The position numbers and the translations under genes were made by a program. A stretch of 64,000 nucleotides of DNA, from assembly GCA_038087875.1 (NCBI GenBank), contig JAXLNO010000385.1:1426001-1490000 (forward strand), written 5' to 3'. The number at the start of each line of letters is the position of its first letter. Within the stretch, counting starts at the first letter, position 1. Positions 21,677-36,600 of the stretch are shown piece after piece. The notes under the pieces are model-generated. The model was not told the DNA's origin. It did no database searches and was given only the letters and a program-made list of their open reading frames with translations. Source of the stretch: Malacoraja senta. Its lineage: Eukaryota.

Positions 21677-24600
21677 GCAAACCACCATTTGCATTTTCAT
21701 AGCAAACCACCATTTGCATTTTCAAAGCAAACCACCATTTGCATTTTCAAACCAATCCACCTTTTGCATTTTCAAAGCAAACAACATTTTGCATTTTCAA
21801 AGCAAACCACCTTTTCCATTTTCAAAGCAAACCACCATTTGCATTTTCATAGCAAATCACCTTTTGCATTTTCAAAGCAAACCACCTTTTGCATTTTCAA
21901 AGCAAACCACTTTTTGCATTTTCAAAGCAAACCGCCTTTTGCTTTTTTCAAAGCAAACCACCTTTTGCATTTTCAAAGCAAACCACCTTTTTCATTTTCA
22001 ACCCAAACCACCTTTTGCATTTTCAAAGCAAATCATCTTTTGCATTTTCAAAGCAAACCACTTTTTACATTTAACAAAGCAAACCACCTTTTGCATTTTC
22101 AAAGCAAACCACCTTTTGCATTTTCAAAGCAATCCACAATTTGCATTTTCAAAGCAAACCACCATTTGCATTTTCCAATCAAACCTTTTGCATTTTCAAA
22201 GCAAACCTTTTGCATTTCCAAAGCAAACAACCATTTGCATTTTCAAGGCAAACCACCATTTGCATTTTACAAAGCAAACCAGCATTTGCATTTTTAAAGC
22301 AAACCTTTTGCATTTTCAAAGCAAACCCTTTGCATTTTCAAAACAAACCAGGATTGGCATTTACAAAGCAAACCACCTTTTGCATTTTAAAGCAATCCAC
22401 CTTTTGCATTTTAAAGCAAAACATTTCTCGCATTTTCAAAGCAAACCACCTTTTGCATTTTCAAAGCAAACCACCAATTGCATTTTCAAAGCAAACCACA
22501 TTTTGCATTTTCAAAGCAAAGCACCTTTTCATTTTCAATGCAAACCACCATTTGCATTTTCAAACCAACCACCATTTGCATTTTCAAAGCAAAATATTTT
22601 TCACAATTTCAAAGCAAATCTTTTTGCATTTTCAAAGCAAATGTTTTGCATTTTCAAAGCAAACAACCATTTGCATTTTCAAAGCAAACCACCATTTGCA
22701 TTTTCAAAGCAAACCACCTTTTGAAATTTCAAACCAAAATATTTTCGCATTTTCAAAGCAAACCAACTTGCATTTTCAAAGCATACCACCTTTTGCATTT
22801 TCAAAGGAAACCACCTATTGCATTTTCAAAGCAAACCACCATTTGCATTTTCATAGCAAACCACCTTTTGCATTTTCAAAGCAAACCTCCTTTTGTTTTT
22901 TCAATGGAAACCACGTTTTGCATTTTCAAAGCAAACTACCTTTTGCATTTTCAAAGCCAACCATTTGCATTTTCAAAGCAAACCTTTTGCATTTTCATAG
23001 CAAACCACCTTTTGCATTGTCAAAGCAGACCACCTTTTGTTTTTTCAATGGAAACCACGTTTTGCATTTTCAAAGCAAACTACCTTTTGCATTTTCAAAG
23101 CCAACCATTTGCATTTTCAAAGCAAACCTTTTGCATTTTCAAAGCAAACCACCTTTTGCATTGTCAAAGCAGACCACCTTTTGCATTTTCAAAGCAAACC
23201 ACCTTCTGCATTTTCAAAGCAAACCACCTTTTGCATTTTCAAAGCAAACTTATTGCATTTTCAAAGCAAACTCTTTGCCTTTCATAGCAAAATAGCATTT
23301 GCATTTTCAAAGCAAACCACCATTTGAAATTTCAGAGCAAACCACCGTTTGCATTTTCAAAGCAAGCCACCTATTCCATCTTAAAGCAAACCATCTTTTC
23401 CATTTTAAAAGCAAACCACCTTTTGCATTTTCAATGGAAACCACGTTTTGCATTTTCAAAGCAAACCACCTTTTGCATTTGCAAAGCAAACAACCTTTTG
23501 CATTTTCGAAGCAAACCGCTATTTGTATTTTCGAAGCAAACCGCCATTTGCATTTTCGAAGCAAACCTATTGCATTGTCAAAGCAAACCACTTTTTGCAT
23601 TTTCAAAGCAAACCACCTTTTGCATTTACAAAGCAAACAACCTTTTGCATTTTCAAAGCAAACCACAAATTTAATTGTCAAAGCAAACCACCTTTTGCAT
23701 TTTCAAAGCAAACCACCAATTGCGTTTTGAAACCAAACCATCATTTGCATTTTCAAAGCAATCCGTTTGCAGTTACACAGCAAATCTTTTGCATTTTCAA
23801 AGCAGACCTTTTGCATGTTCAAAGCAAGCCACAATTTGCATTTTCAAAGCAAACCACTTATTAAATTTTCAAACCAAACAACCTTTTGCATTTTAAAAGC
23901 AAACCACGTTTTGCATTTTCAAAGCAAACTACCTGTTGCATTTTCAAAGCCAACCATTTGCATTTTCAAAGCAAACCTTTTGCATTTTCAAAGCAAACCA
24001 CCTTTTGCATTGTCAAAGCAGACCACCTTTTGCATTTTCAAAGCAAACCACCTTCTGCATTTTCAAAGCAAACCACCTTTTGCATTTTCAAAGCAAACTT
24101 ATTGCATTTTCAAAGCAAACTCTTTGCCTTTCATAGCAAAATAGCATTTGCATTTTCAAAGCAAACCACCATTTGAAATTTCAGAGCAAACCACCGTTTG
24201 CATTTTCAAAGCAAGCCACCTATTCCATCTTAAAGCAAACCATCTGTTCCATTTTAAAAGCAAACCACCTTTTGCATTTTCAATGGAAACCACGTTTTGC
24301 ATTTTCAAAGCAAACCACCTTTTGCATTTGCAAAGCAAACAACCTTTTGCATTTTCGAAGCAAACCGCTATTTGTATTTTCGAAGCAAACCGCCATTTGC
24401 ATTTTCGAAGCAAACCTATTGCATTGTCAAAGCAAACCACTTTTTGCATTTTCAAAGCAAACCACCTTTTGCATTTACAAAGCAAACAACCTTTTGCATT
24501 TTCAAAGCAAACCACAAATTTAATTATCAAAGCAAACCACCTTTTGCATTTTCAAAGCAAACCACCAATTGCGTTTTGAAACCAAACCATCATTTGCATT

Positions 24601-27600
24601 TTCAAAGCAATCCGTTTGCAGTTACACAGCAAATCGTTTGCATTTTCAAAGCAGACCTTTTGCATGTTCAAAGCAAGCCACAATTTGCATTTTCAAAGCA
24701 AACCACTTATTACATTTTCAAACCAAACAACCTTTTGCATTTTAAAAGCAAACCAACTTTTGCATTTTCAAAGCAAACCAACTTGTGGAATTTTAAAGCA
24801 AACCACCTTTTGCATTTTAAAGCAAAACATTTCTTGCATTTTCAAAGCAAACCACCTTTTGCATTTTCAAAGCAAACCGCCAATTGCATTTTCAAAGCAA
24901 ACAACATTTTGCATTTTCAAAGCTAAGCACCTTTTGCATTTTCAATGCAAACCACCATTTGCATTTTCAAACCAACCAACATTTGCATTTTCAAAGCAAT
25001 CCTTTTGCATTTTAAAAGCAAGTGTTTTGCATTTTAAAAGCAAACTATTTGCATTTTCAAAACAAGCCACCATTTGCATTTTCAAAGCAAACCACCATTT
25101 GCATTTTCACACCAAACAACCTATTGCATTTTCAAACCAAAATAATGTTCGCATTTTCAAAGCAAAGCACCATTTGCATTTTCAAAGTAAACCACCATTT
25201 GCATTTTCAAAGCAAACAACCTATTGCATTTTCCAAGCAAACTATTTTTCGCATTTTCAAAGCAAACCACCATTTGTATTTTCAAAGCAAATCACATTTT
25301 GCATTTTCAAACCTAACCAGCTGTAGCATTTTCAAAGTAAACCACCTTTTGCATTTTCCAAGCAAACCCTTTCCATTTTCAAAGCAAACTTATTGCATTT
25401 TCAAAGCTAACTCTTTGCCTTTCATAGCAAAATAGCATTTGAATTTTCAAAGCAAACCACCATTTGAAATTTCATAGCAAACCACCTTTTGCATTTTCAA
25501 AGCAAACAACCATTTGCATTTTCAAAGCAAACCACCATTTGCATTTTCAACATAAATCTTTTGCATTTTCAAAGCAAACCCTTTGCATTTTCAAAGCAAA
25601 CCCGTTGCATTTTCAAAGCAAACATTTTGCATTTTCAAAGCAAACCTTTTGCATATTCAAAGTAAACCACCTTTTGCATTTTCAATGGAAACCACCTTTT
25701 GCATTTACAAAGCAAACAACCTTTTGCATTTTCAAAGCAAACCACAAATGTCATTGTCAAAGCAAACCACCTTTTGCATTTTCAAAGCAAACCACCAATT
25801 GCATTTTGAAACCAAACCGCCATTTGCATTTTCAAAGCAATCCGTTTGCAGTTTCACAGCAAATCTTTTGCATTTTCAAAGCAGACCTTTTGCATGTTCA
25901 TAGCAAACCACCATTTGCATTTTCAAAGCAAACCACCATTTGCATTTTCAAAGCAAACCACTTATTAAATTTTCGAAGCAAACTGCCATTTGCATTTTCG
26001 AAGCAAACCTATTGCATTTTCAAAGCAAACCACTTTTTGCATTTTCAAAGCAAACCACCTTTTGTATTTACAAAGCAAACAACCTTTTGCATTTTCAAAG
26101 CAAACCACAAATGTCATTGTCAAAGCAAACCACCTTTTGCATTTTCAAAGCAAACCACCAATTGCATTTTGAAACCAAACCGCCATTTGCATTTTCAAAG
26201 CAATCCGTTTGCAGTTTCACAGCAAATCTTTTGCATTTTCAAAGCAGACCTTTTGCATGTTCATAGCAAACCACCATTTGCATTTTCAAAGCAAACCACC
26301 ATTTGCATTTTCAAAGCAAACCACAATTTGCATTTTCAAAGCAAACCACTTATTAAATTTTCGAAGCAAACTGCCATTTGCATTTTCGAAGCAAACCTAT
26401 TGCATTTTCAAAGCAAACCACTTTTTGCATTTTCAAAGCAAACCACCTTTTGTATTTACAAAGCAAACAACCTTTTGCATTTTCAAAGCAAACCACAAAT
26501 GTCATTGTCAAAGCAAACCACCTTTTGCATTTTCAAAGCAAACCACCATTTGCCTTTTCAAAGCAAACCACCATTTGCATTTTCAAAGCAAACCACAATT
26601 TGCATTTTCAAAGCAAACCACTTATTAAATTTTCGAAGCAAACTGCCATTTGCATTTTCGAAGCAAACCTATTGCATTTTCAAAGCAAACCACTATTTGC
26701 ATTTTCAAAGCAAACCACCTTTTGCATTTACAAAGCAAACAACCTTTTGCATTTTCAAAGCAAACCACAAATGTCATTGTCAAAGCAAACCACCTTATGC
26801 ATTTTCAAAGCAAACCACCAATTGCATGTTGAAACCAAACCGCCATTTGCATTTTCAAAGCAAAACTTTTGCATTTTCAAAGCAGACCTTTTGCATGTTC
26901 AAAGCAAACCACCATTTGCATTTTCAAAGCAAACCACCATTTGCATTTTCAAAGCAAACCACAATTTGCATTTTCAAAGCAAACCACTTATTAAATTTTC
27001 GAAGCAAACTGCCATTTGCATTTTCGAAGCAAACCTATTGAATTTTCAATGGAAACCACCTTTTGAATTTTAAAGGCAAATCATTTTTCGCATTTTCAAA
27101 GCAAACCACCTTTTGCATTTTCAAAGCAAACCACCTTTTGCATTTTCAAACCAAACCACCTTTTGCATTTTCAAAGCAAACCACCTTTTGCATTTTAAAG
27201 CAAAACATTTGCATTTTCAAAGCAAACCAGCATTTGCATTTTCAAAGCAAACCACCTTTTGCATTTTTAAACAAACCACCTTTTGCATTTTAAAGCGAAA
27301 CATTTCTCGCATTTTCAAAGCAAACCACATTTTGCATTTGCAAAGCAAACCACCTTTAGCATTTTCGAAGCAAACCGTTATTTGCATTTTTGAAGCAAAC
27401 CGCCATTTGCATTTTCGAAGCAAACCTATTGCATAATCAATGGAAACCACCTTTGGAATTTTAAAGGCAAAACATTTTTCGCATTTTCAAAGCAAACCAC
27501 CTTTTGCATTTTCAAAGCAAACCACCTTTTGCATTTTCAAACCAAACCAGCTTTTGCATTTTCAAAGCAAACCACAAATTGCATTTTCAAAGCAAACCAC

Positions 27601-30600
27601 CTTTTGCATTTTTAAAGCAAACCACCTTTTGCATTTTAAAGTAAAACATTTCTTGCATTTTCAAAGCAAACCACAAATTGCATTTTCAAAGGAAACCACC
27701 TTTTGCATTTTCAAAGCAAACCACAAGTGTCATTGTCAAAGCAAACCACCGTTTGCATTTTCAAAGCAAACCACCAATTGCATTTTGAAACCAAACGGCC
27801 ATTTGCATTTTCAAAGCAAATCTTTTGCATTTTCAAAGCAGACCGTTTGCATGTTCAAAGCAAACCACCATTTGCATTTTCAAAGCAAACCACCATTTGC
27901 ATTTTCAAAGCAAACCACAATTTGCATTTTCGAAGCAAACCTATTAAATTTTCAATGGAAACCACCTTTTGAATTTTAAAGGCAAAACATTTTTCGCATT
28001 TTCAAAGCAAACCACCTTTTGCATTTTCAAAGCAAACCACCTTTTGCATTTTCAAACAAAACCACCTTTTGCATTTTCAAAGCAAACCACCTTTTGCATT
28101 TTAAAGCAAAACATTTTGCATTTTCAAAGCAAACCAGCATTTGCATTTTCAAAGCAAACCTCCTTTTGCATTTTTAAAGCTAACCATCTTTTGCATTTTA
28201 AAGCGAAACATTTCTCGCATTTTCAAAGCAAACCACATTTTGCATTTGCAAAGCAAACCACCTTTAGCATTTTCGAAGCAAACCGTAATTTCCATTTTTG
28301 AAGCAAATCGCCATTTGCATTTTCGAACCAAACCTATTGCATAATCAATGGAAACCACCTTTGGAATTTTAAAGGCAAAATATTTTTCGCATTTTCAAAG
28401 CAAACCACCTTTTGCATTTTCAAAGCATACCACCTTTTGCATTTTCAAACCAAACCAGCTTTTTCATTTTCAAAGCAAACCACAAATTGCATTTTCAAAG
28501 CAAACCACCTTTTGCATTTTGAAAGCAAACAACCTTTTGCATTTTAAAGTAAAACATTTCTTGCATTTTCAAAGCAAACCACCTTTTGCATTTTCAAAGC
28601 AAACCGCCAATTGCATTTTCAAAGCAAACCACATTTTGCATTTTCAAAGCAAAGCACCTTTTGCATTTTAAATGCAAACCACCATTTGCATTTTGAAACC
28701 AACCAACATTTGCATTTTCAAAGCAATCCTTTAGTATTTTAAAAGCAAATGTTTTGCATTTTCAAATCAAACTATTTGCATTTTCAAAGCAAACCACCAT
28801 TTGCATTTTCAAAGCAAACCACCATTTGCATTTTCAAAGCAAAATATTTTTCGCATTTTCAAAGCAAACCACCATTTGCATTTTCAAAACAAACCACCAT
28901 TTGCATTTTCAAAGCATACGTTTTGCATTTTCAAAGCAACCCTTTGCATTTTCAAAGCAATCAACCATTTGCATTTTCAAAGCAAACCACCATTTGCATT
29001 TTCAAAGCAAACCACCATTTGCATTTTCAAAGCAAACCTTTTGCATTTTCAATGCAAACCTTTTGCATTTTCAAAGCAACCCACCGTTTGCATTTTCAAA
29101 GCTAACTACAGTTTGCATTTTCAAAGCAAACCAACTTTTGCATTTTTAAAGCAAACCACCTTTTGCATTTTAAAGCGAAACATTTCTCGCATTTTCAAAA
29201 CAAACCTTTTGCATTTTCAAAGCAAACCACCATTTGCATTTTCAAAGCAAACCACCATTTGCATTTTCAAAGCAAACCACCATTTGCATTTTCAAAGGAA
29301 ACCACTTTTTACGTTTTCAAAGCAAACCACCTTTTGCATTTTCAAAGCAAACCACCTTTTGCATTTTCAAAGCAAACCACCATTTACATTTTCCAATCAA
29401 ACCTTTTGCATTTTCAAAGCAAACCTATTTTGCATTTGCTAAACAAACCACCTTTGCATTTTCGAAGCAAATCGATATTTGCATTTTCGAAGCAAACCGC
29501 CATTTGCATTTTCGAAGCAAACCATTTGCATTTTAAATGGACACCACCTTTTGCATTTTAAAGGCAAACCACCTTTTGCATTTTCAAAGCAAACCACAAA
29601 TTGCATTGTCAAAGCAAACCACCATTTGCATTTTCAAAACAAGCCACCATTTGCATTTTCAAAGCAAACCACCATTTGCATTTTCAAACCAAACAACCTA
29701 TTGCATTTTCAAACCAAAATAATGTTCGCATTTTCAAAGCAAACCACCTATTGCATTTTCCAAGCAAAATATTTTTCGCATTTTCAAAGCAAACCACCAT
29801 TTGTATTTTCAAAGCAAATCACATTTTGCATTTTCAAAGCTAACCAGCTGTAGCATTTTCAAAGAAAACCACCTTTTGCATTTTCCAAGCAAACCCTTTC
29901 CATTTTCAAAGCAAACTTATTGCATTTTCAAAGCTAACTCTTTGCCTTTCATAGCAAAATAGCATTTGAATTTTCAAAGCAAACCACCATTTGAAATTTC
30001 ATAGCAAACCACCTTTTGCATTTTCAAAGCAAACAACCATTTGCATTTTCAAAGCAAACCACCATTTGCATTTTCAACATAAACCTTTTGCATTTTCAAA
30101 GCAAACCCGTTGCATTTTCAAAGCAAACATTTTGCATTTTCAAAGCAAACCTTTTGCATATTCAAAGTAAACCACCTTTTGCATTTTCAATGGAAACCAC
30201 CTTTTGCATTTACAAAGCAAACAACCTTTTGCATTTTCAAAGCAAACCACAAATGTCATTGTCAAAGCAAACCACCTTTTGCATTTTCAAAGCAAACCAC
30301 CAATTGCATTTTGAAACCAAACCGCCATTTGCATTTTCAAAGCAATCCGTTTGCAGTTTCACAGCAAATCTTTTGCATTTTCAAAGCAGACCTTTTGCAT
30401 GTTCATAGCAAACCACCATTTGCATTTTCAAAGCAAACCACCATTTGCATTTTCAAAGCAAACCACAATTTGCATTTTCAAAGCAAACCACTTATTAAAT
30501 TTTCGAAGCAAACTGCCATTTGCATTTTCGAAGCAAACCTATTGCATTTTCAAAGCAAACCACTTTTTGCATTTTCAAAGCAAACCACCTTTTGTATTTA

Positions 30601-33600
30601 CAAAGCAAACAACCTTTTGCATTTTCAAAGCAAACCACAAATGTCATTGTCAAAGCAAACCACCTTTTGCATTTTCAAAGCAAACCACCATTTGCCTTTT
30701 CAAAGCAAACCACCATTTGCATTTTCAAAGCAAACCACAATTTGAATTTTCAAAGCAAACCACTTATTAAATTTTCGAAGCAAACTGCCATTTTCATTTT
30801 CGAAGCAAACCTATTGCATTTTCAAAGCAAACCACTATTTGCATTTTCAAAGCAAACCACAATTTGCATTTTCAAAGCAAACCACATTAAATTTTCGAAG
30901 CAAACTGACATTTGCATTTTCGAAGCAAACCTATTGAATTTTCAATGGAAACCACCTTTTGAATTTTAAAGGCAAATCATTTTTCGCATTTTCAAAGCAA
31001 ACCACCTTTTGCATTTTCAAAGCAAACCACCTTTTGCATTTTCAAACCAAACCAGCTTTTGCATTTTCAAAGCAAACCACAAATTGCATTTTCAAAGCAA
31101 ACCACCTTTTGCATTTTTAAAGCAAACCACCTTTTGCATTTTAAAGTAAAACATTTCTTGCATTTTCAAAGCAAACCACAAATTGCATTTTCAAAGCAAA
31201 CCACCTTTTGCATTTTCAAAGCAAACCACAAATGTCATTGTCAAAGCAAACCACCTTTTGCATTTTCAAAGCAAACCACCAATTGCATTTTGAAACCAAA
31301 CGGCCATTTGCATTTTCAAAGCAAATCTTTTGCATTTTCAAAGCAGACCGTTTGCATGTTCAAAGCAAACCACCATTTGCATTTTCAAAGCAAACCACTA
31401 TTTGCATTTTCAAAGCAAACCACAATTTGCATTTTCGAAGCAAACCTATTGAATTTTCAATGGAAACCACCTTTTGAATTTTAAAGGCAAAACATTTTTC
31501 GCATTTTGAAAGCAAACCACCTTTTGCATTTTCAAAGCAAACCACCTTTTGCATTTTCAAACCAAACCACCTTTTGCATTTTCAAAGCAAACCACCTTTT
31601 GCATTTTAAAGCAAAACATTTTGCATTTTCAAAGCAAACCAGCATTTGCATTTTCAAAGCAAACCACCTTTTGCATTTTTAAAGCTAACCATCTTTTGCA
31701 TTTTAAAGCGAAACATTTCTCGCATTTTCAAAGCAAACCACATTTTGCATTTGCAAAGCAAACCACCTTAACATTTTCGAAGCAAACCGTAATTTGCATT
31801 TTTGAAGCAAATCGCCATTTGCATTTTCGAACCAAACCTATTGCATAATCAATGGAAACCACCTTTGGAATTTTAAAGGCAAAATATTTTTCGCATTTTC
31901 AAAGCAAACCACCTTTTGCATTTTCAAAGCATACCACCTTTTGCATTTTCAAACCAAACCAGCTTTTTCATTTTCAAAGCAAACCACAAATTGCATTTTC
32001 AAAGCAAACCACCTTTTGCATTTTGAAAGCAAACAACCTTTTGCATTTTAAAGTAAAACATTTCTTGCATTTTCAAAGCAAACCACCTTTTGCATTTTCA
32101 AAGAAAACCGCCAATTGCATTTTCAAAGCAAACCACATTTTGCATTTTCAAAGCAAAGCACCTTTTGCATTTTCAATGCAAACCACCATTTGCATTTTCA
32201 AACCAACCAACATTTGCATTTTCAAAGCAATCCTTTAGTATTTTAAAAGCCAATGATTTGCATTTTCAAATCAAACTATTTGCATTTTCAAAGCAAACCA
32301 CCATTTGCATTTTCAAAGCAAACCACCATTTGCATTTTCAAAGCAAAATATTTTTCGCATTTTCAAAGCAAACCACCATTTGCATTTTCAAAACAAACCA
32401 CCATTTGCATTTTCAAAGCATACGTTTTGCATTTTCAAAGCAACCCTTTGCATTTTCAAAGCAATCAACCATTTGCATTTTCAAAGCAAACCACCATTTG
32501 CATTTACAAAGCAAACCACCATTTGCATTTTCAAAGCAAACCTTTTGCATTTTAAAGTAAAATATTTCTTGCATTTTCAAAGCAAACCACCTTTTGCATT
32601 TTCAAAGCAAACCGCCAATTGCATTTTCAAAGCAAACCACATTTTGCATTTTCAAAGCAAAGCACCTTTTGCATTTTCAATGCAAACCACCATTTGCATT
32701 TTCAAACCAACCAACATTTGCATTTTCAAAGCAATCCTTTAGTATTTTAAAAGCCAATGATTTGCATTTTCAAATCAAACTATTTGCATTTTCAAAGCAA
32801 ACCACCATTTGCATTTTCAAAGCAAACCACCATTTGCATTTTCAAAGCAAAATATTTTTCGCATTTTCAAAGCAAACCACCATTTGCATTTTCAAAACAA
32901 ACCACCATTTGCATTTTCAAAGCATACGTTTTGCATTTTCAAAGCAACCCTTTGCATTTTCAAAGCAATCAACCATTTGCATTTTCAAAGCAAACCACCA
33001 TTTGCATTTACAAAGCAAACCACCATTTGCATTTTCAAAGCAAACCTTTTGCATTTTCAATGCAAACCTTTTGCATTTTCAAAGCAACCCACCGTTTGCA
33101 TTTTCAAAGCTAACTACAGTTTGCATTTTCAAAGCAAACCAACTTTTGCATTTTTAAAGCAAACCACCTTTTGCATTTTAAAGCGAAACATTTCTCGCAT
33201 TTTCAAAACAAACCTTTTGCATTTTCAAAGCAAACAACCTTTTGCATTTTCAAACCAAACCACCTTTTGCATTTTCAAAGCAAACCACCTTTTGCATTTT
33301 CAAAGCAAACCACAAATTGCATTGTCAAAGCAAACCAGCTTTTGATTTTCAAAGCAAACCACCATTTGCAATTTCAAACCAAACCACCATTTGCATTTTC
33401 AAAGCAAACCACTTTTTACGTTTTCAAAGCAAACCACCTTTTGCATTTTCAAAGCAAACCACCTTTTGCATTTTCAAAGCAAACCACCATTTACATTTTC
33501 CAATCAAACCTTTTGCATTTTCAAAGCAAACCTATTTTGCATTTGCTAAACAAACCACCTTTGCATTTTCGAAGCAAATCGATATTTGCATTTTCGAAGC

Positions 33601-36600
33601 AAACCGCCATTTGCATTTTCGAAGCAAACCATTTGCATTTTAAATGGACACCACCTTTTGCATTTTAAAGGCAAACCACCGTTTGCATTTTCAAAGCAAA
33701 CCACAAATTGCATTGTCAAAGCAAACCACCTTTTGCATTTTCAAAGCATTCCTTTTGCATTTTAAAAGCAAATGTTTTGCATTTTAAAAGCAAACTATTT
33801 GCATTTTCAAAACAAGCCACCATTTGCATTTTCAAAGCAAACCACCATTTGCATTTTCAAACCAAACAACCTATTGCATTTTCAAACCAAAATAATGTTC
33901 GCATTTTCAAAGCAAACCACCATTTGCATTTTCAAAGTAAACCACCATTTGCATTTTCAAAGCAAACAACCTATTGCATTTTCCAAGCAAAATATTTTTC
34001 GCATTTTCAAAGCAAACCACCATTTGTATTTTCAAAGCAAATCACATTTTGCATTTTCAAAGCTAACCAGCTGTAGCATTTTCAAAGTAAACCACCTTTT
34101 GCATTTTCCAAGCAAACCCTTTCCATTTTCAAAGCAAACTTATTGCATTTTCAAAGCTAACTCTTTGCCTTTCATAGCAAAATAGCATTTGAATTTTCAA
34201 AGCAAACCACCATTTGAAATTTCATAGCAAACCACCTTTTGCATTTTCAAAGCAAACAACCATTTGCATTTTCAAAGCAAACCACCATTTGCATTTTCAA
34301 CATAAATCTTTTGCATTTTCAAAGCAAACCCGTTGCATTTTCAAAGCAAACATTTTGCATTTTCAAAGCAAACCTTTTGCATATTCAAAGTAAACCACCT
34401 TTTGCATTTTCAATGGAAACCACCTTTTGCATTTACAAAGCAAACAACCTTTTGCATTTTCAAAGCAAACCACAAATGTCATTGTCAAAGCAAACCACCT
34501 TTTGCATTTTCAAAGCAAACCACCAATTGCATTTTGAAACCAAACCGCCATTTGCATTTTCAAAGCAATCCGTTTGCAGTTTCACAGCAAATCTTTTGCA
34601 TTTTCAAAGCAGACCTTTTGCATGTTTTCGAAGCAAACTGCCATTTGCATTTTCGAAGCAAACCACAAATGTCATTGTCAAAGCAAACCACCTTTTGCAT
34701 TTTCAAAGCAAACCACCAATTGCATTTTGAAACCAAACCGCCATTTGCATTTTCAAAGCAATCCGTTTGCACTTTCACAGCTAATCTTTTGCATTTTCAA
34801 AGCAGACCTTTTGCATGTTTTCGAAGCAAACTGCCATTTGCATTTTCGAAGCAAACCTATTGCATTTTCAAAGCAAACCACTATTTGCATTTTCAAAGCA
34901 AACCACCTTTTGCATTTACAAAGCAAACAACCTTTTGCATTTTCAAAGCAAACCACAAATGTCATTGTCAAAGCAAACCACCTTATGCATTTTCAAAGCA
35001 AACCACAAATTGCATTTTGAAACCAAACCGCCATTTGCATTTTCAAAGCAAATCTTTTGCATTTTCAAAGCAGACCTTTTGCATGTTCAAAGCAAACCAC
35101 CATTTGCATTTTCAAAGCAAACCACCATTTGCATTTTCAAAGCAAACCACAATTTGCATTTTCAAAGCAAACCACTTATTAAATTTTCGAAGCAAACTGC
35201 CATTTGCATTTTCGAAGCAAACCTATTGAATTTTCAATGGAAACCACCTTTTGAATTTTAAAGGCAAATCATTTTTCGCATTTTCAAAGCAAACCACCTT
35301 TTGCATTTTCAAAGCAAACCACCTTTTGCATTTTCAAACCAAACCACCTTTTGCATTTTCAAAGCAAACCACCTTTTGCATTTCAAAGCAAAACATTTGC
35401 ATTTTCAAAGCAAACCAGCATTTGCATTTTCAAAGCAAACCACCTTTTGCATTTTTAAACAAACCACCTTTTGCATTTTAAAGCGAAACATTTCTCGCAT
35501 TTTCAAAGCAAACCACATTTTGCATTTGCAAAGCAAACCACCTTTAGCATTTTCGAAGCAAACCGTTATTTGCATTTTTGAAGCAAACCGCCATTTGCAT
35601 TTTAGAAGCAAACCTATTGCATAATCAATGGAAACCACCTTTGGAATTTTAAAGGCAAACATTTTTCGCATTTTCAAAGCAAACCACCTTTTGCATTTTC
35701 AAAGCAAACCACCTTTTGCATTTTCAAACCAAACCAGCTTTTGCATTTTCAAAGCAAACCACAAATTGCATTTTCAAAGCAAACCACCTTTTGCATTTTT
35801 AAAGTACCCACCTTTTGCATTTTAAAGTAAAACATTTCTTGCATTTTCAAAGCAAACCACAAATTGCATTTTCAAAGCAAACCACCTTTTGCATTTTCAA
35901 AGCAAACCACAAATGTCATTGTCAAAGCAAACCACCTTTTGCATTTTCAAAGCAAACCACCAATTGCATTTTGAAACCAAACGGCCATTTGCATTTTCAA
36001 AGCAAATCTTTTGCATTTTCAAAGCAGACCGTTTGCATGTTCAAAGCAAACCACCATTTGCATTTTCAAAGCAAACCACCATTTGCATTTTCAAAGCAAA
36101 CCACAATTTGCATTTTCGAAGCAAACCTATTGAATTTTCAATGGAAACCACCTTTTGAAATTTAAAGGCAAAACATTTTTCGCATTTTCAAAGCAAACCA
36201 CCTTTTGCATTTTCAAAGCAAACCACCTTTTGCATTTTCAAACCAAACCACCTTTTGCATTTTCAAAGCAAACTACCTTTTGCATTTTAAAGCAAAACAT
36301 TTTGCATTTTCATAACAAACCAGCATTTGCATTTTCAAAGCAAACCACCTTTTGCATTTTTAAAGCTAACCATCTTTTGCATTTTAAAGCGAAACATTTC
36401 TCGCATTTTCAAAGCAAACCACATTTTGCATTTGCAAAGCAAACCACCTTTAGCATTTTCGAAGCAAACCGTAATTTGCATTTTTGAAGCAAATCGCCAT
36501 TTGCATTTTCGAACCAAACCTATTGCATAATCAATGGAAACCACCTTTGGAATTTTAAAGGCAAAATATTTTTCGCATTTTCAAAGCAAACCACCTTTTG

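Noticed and set aside
23531..23547. CENP-B-box-like TTCGAAGCAAACCGCC in CpG monomers
   Set aside because: Only 7 of 9 core positions match (CCGC instead of CGGG), and CENP-B box function is established mainly in mammals.
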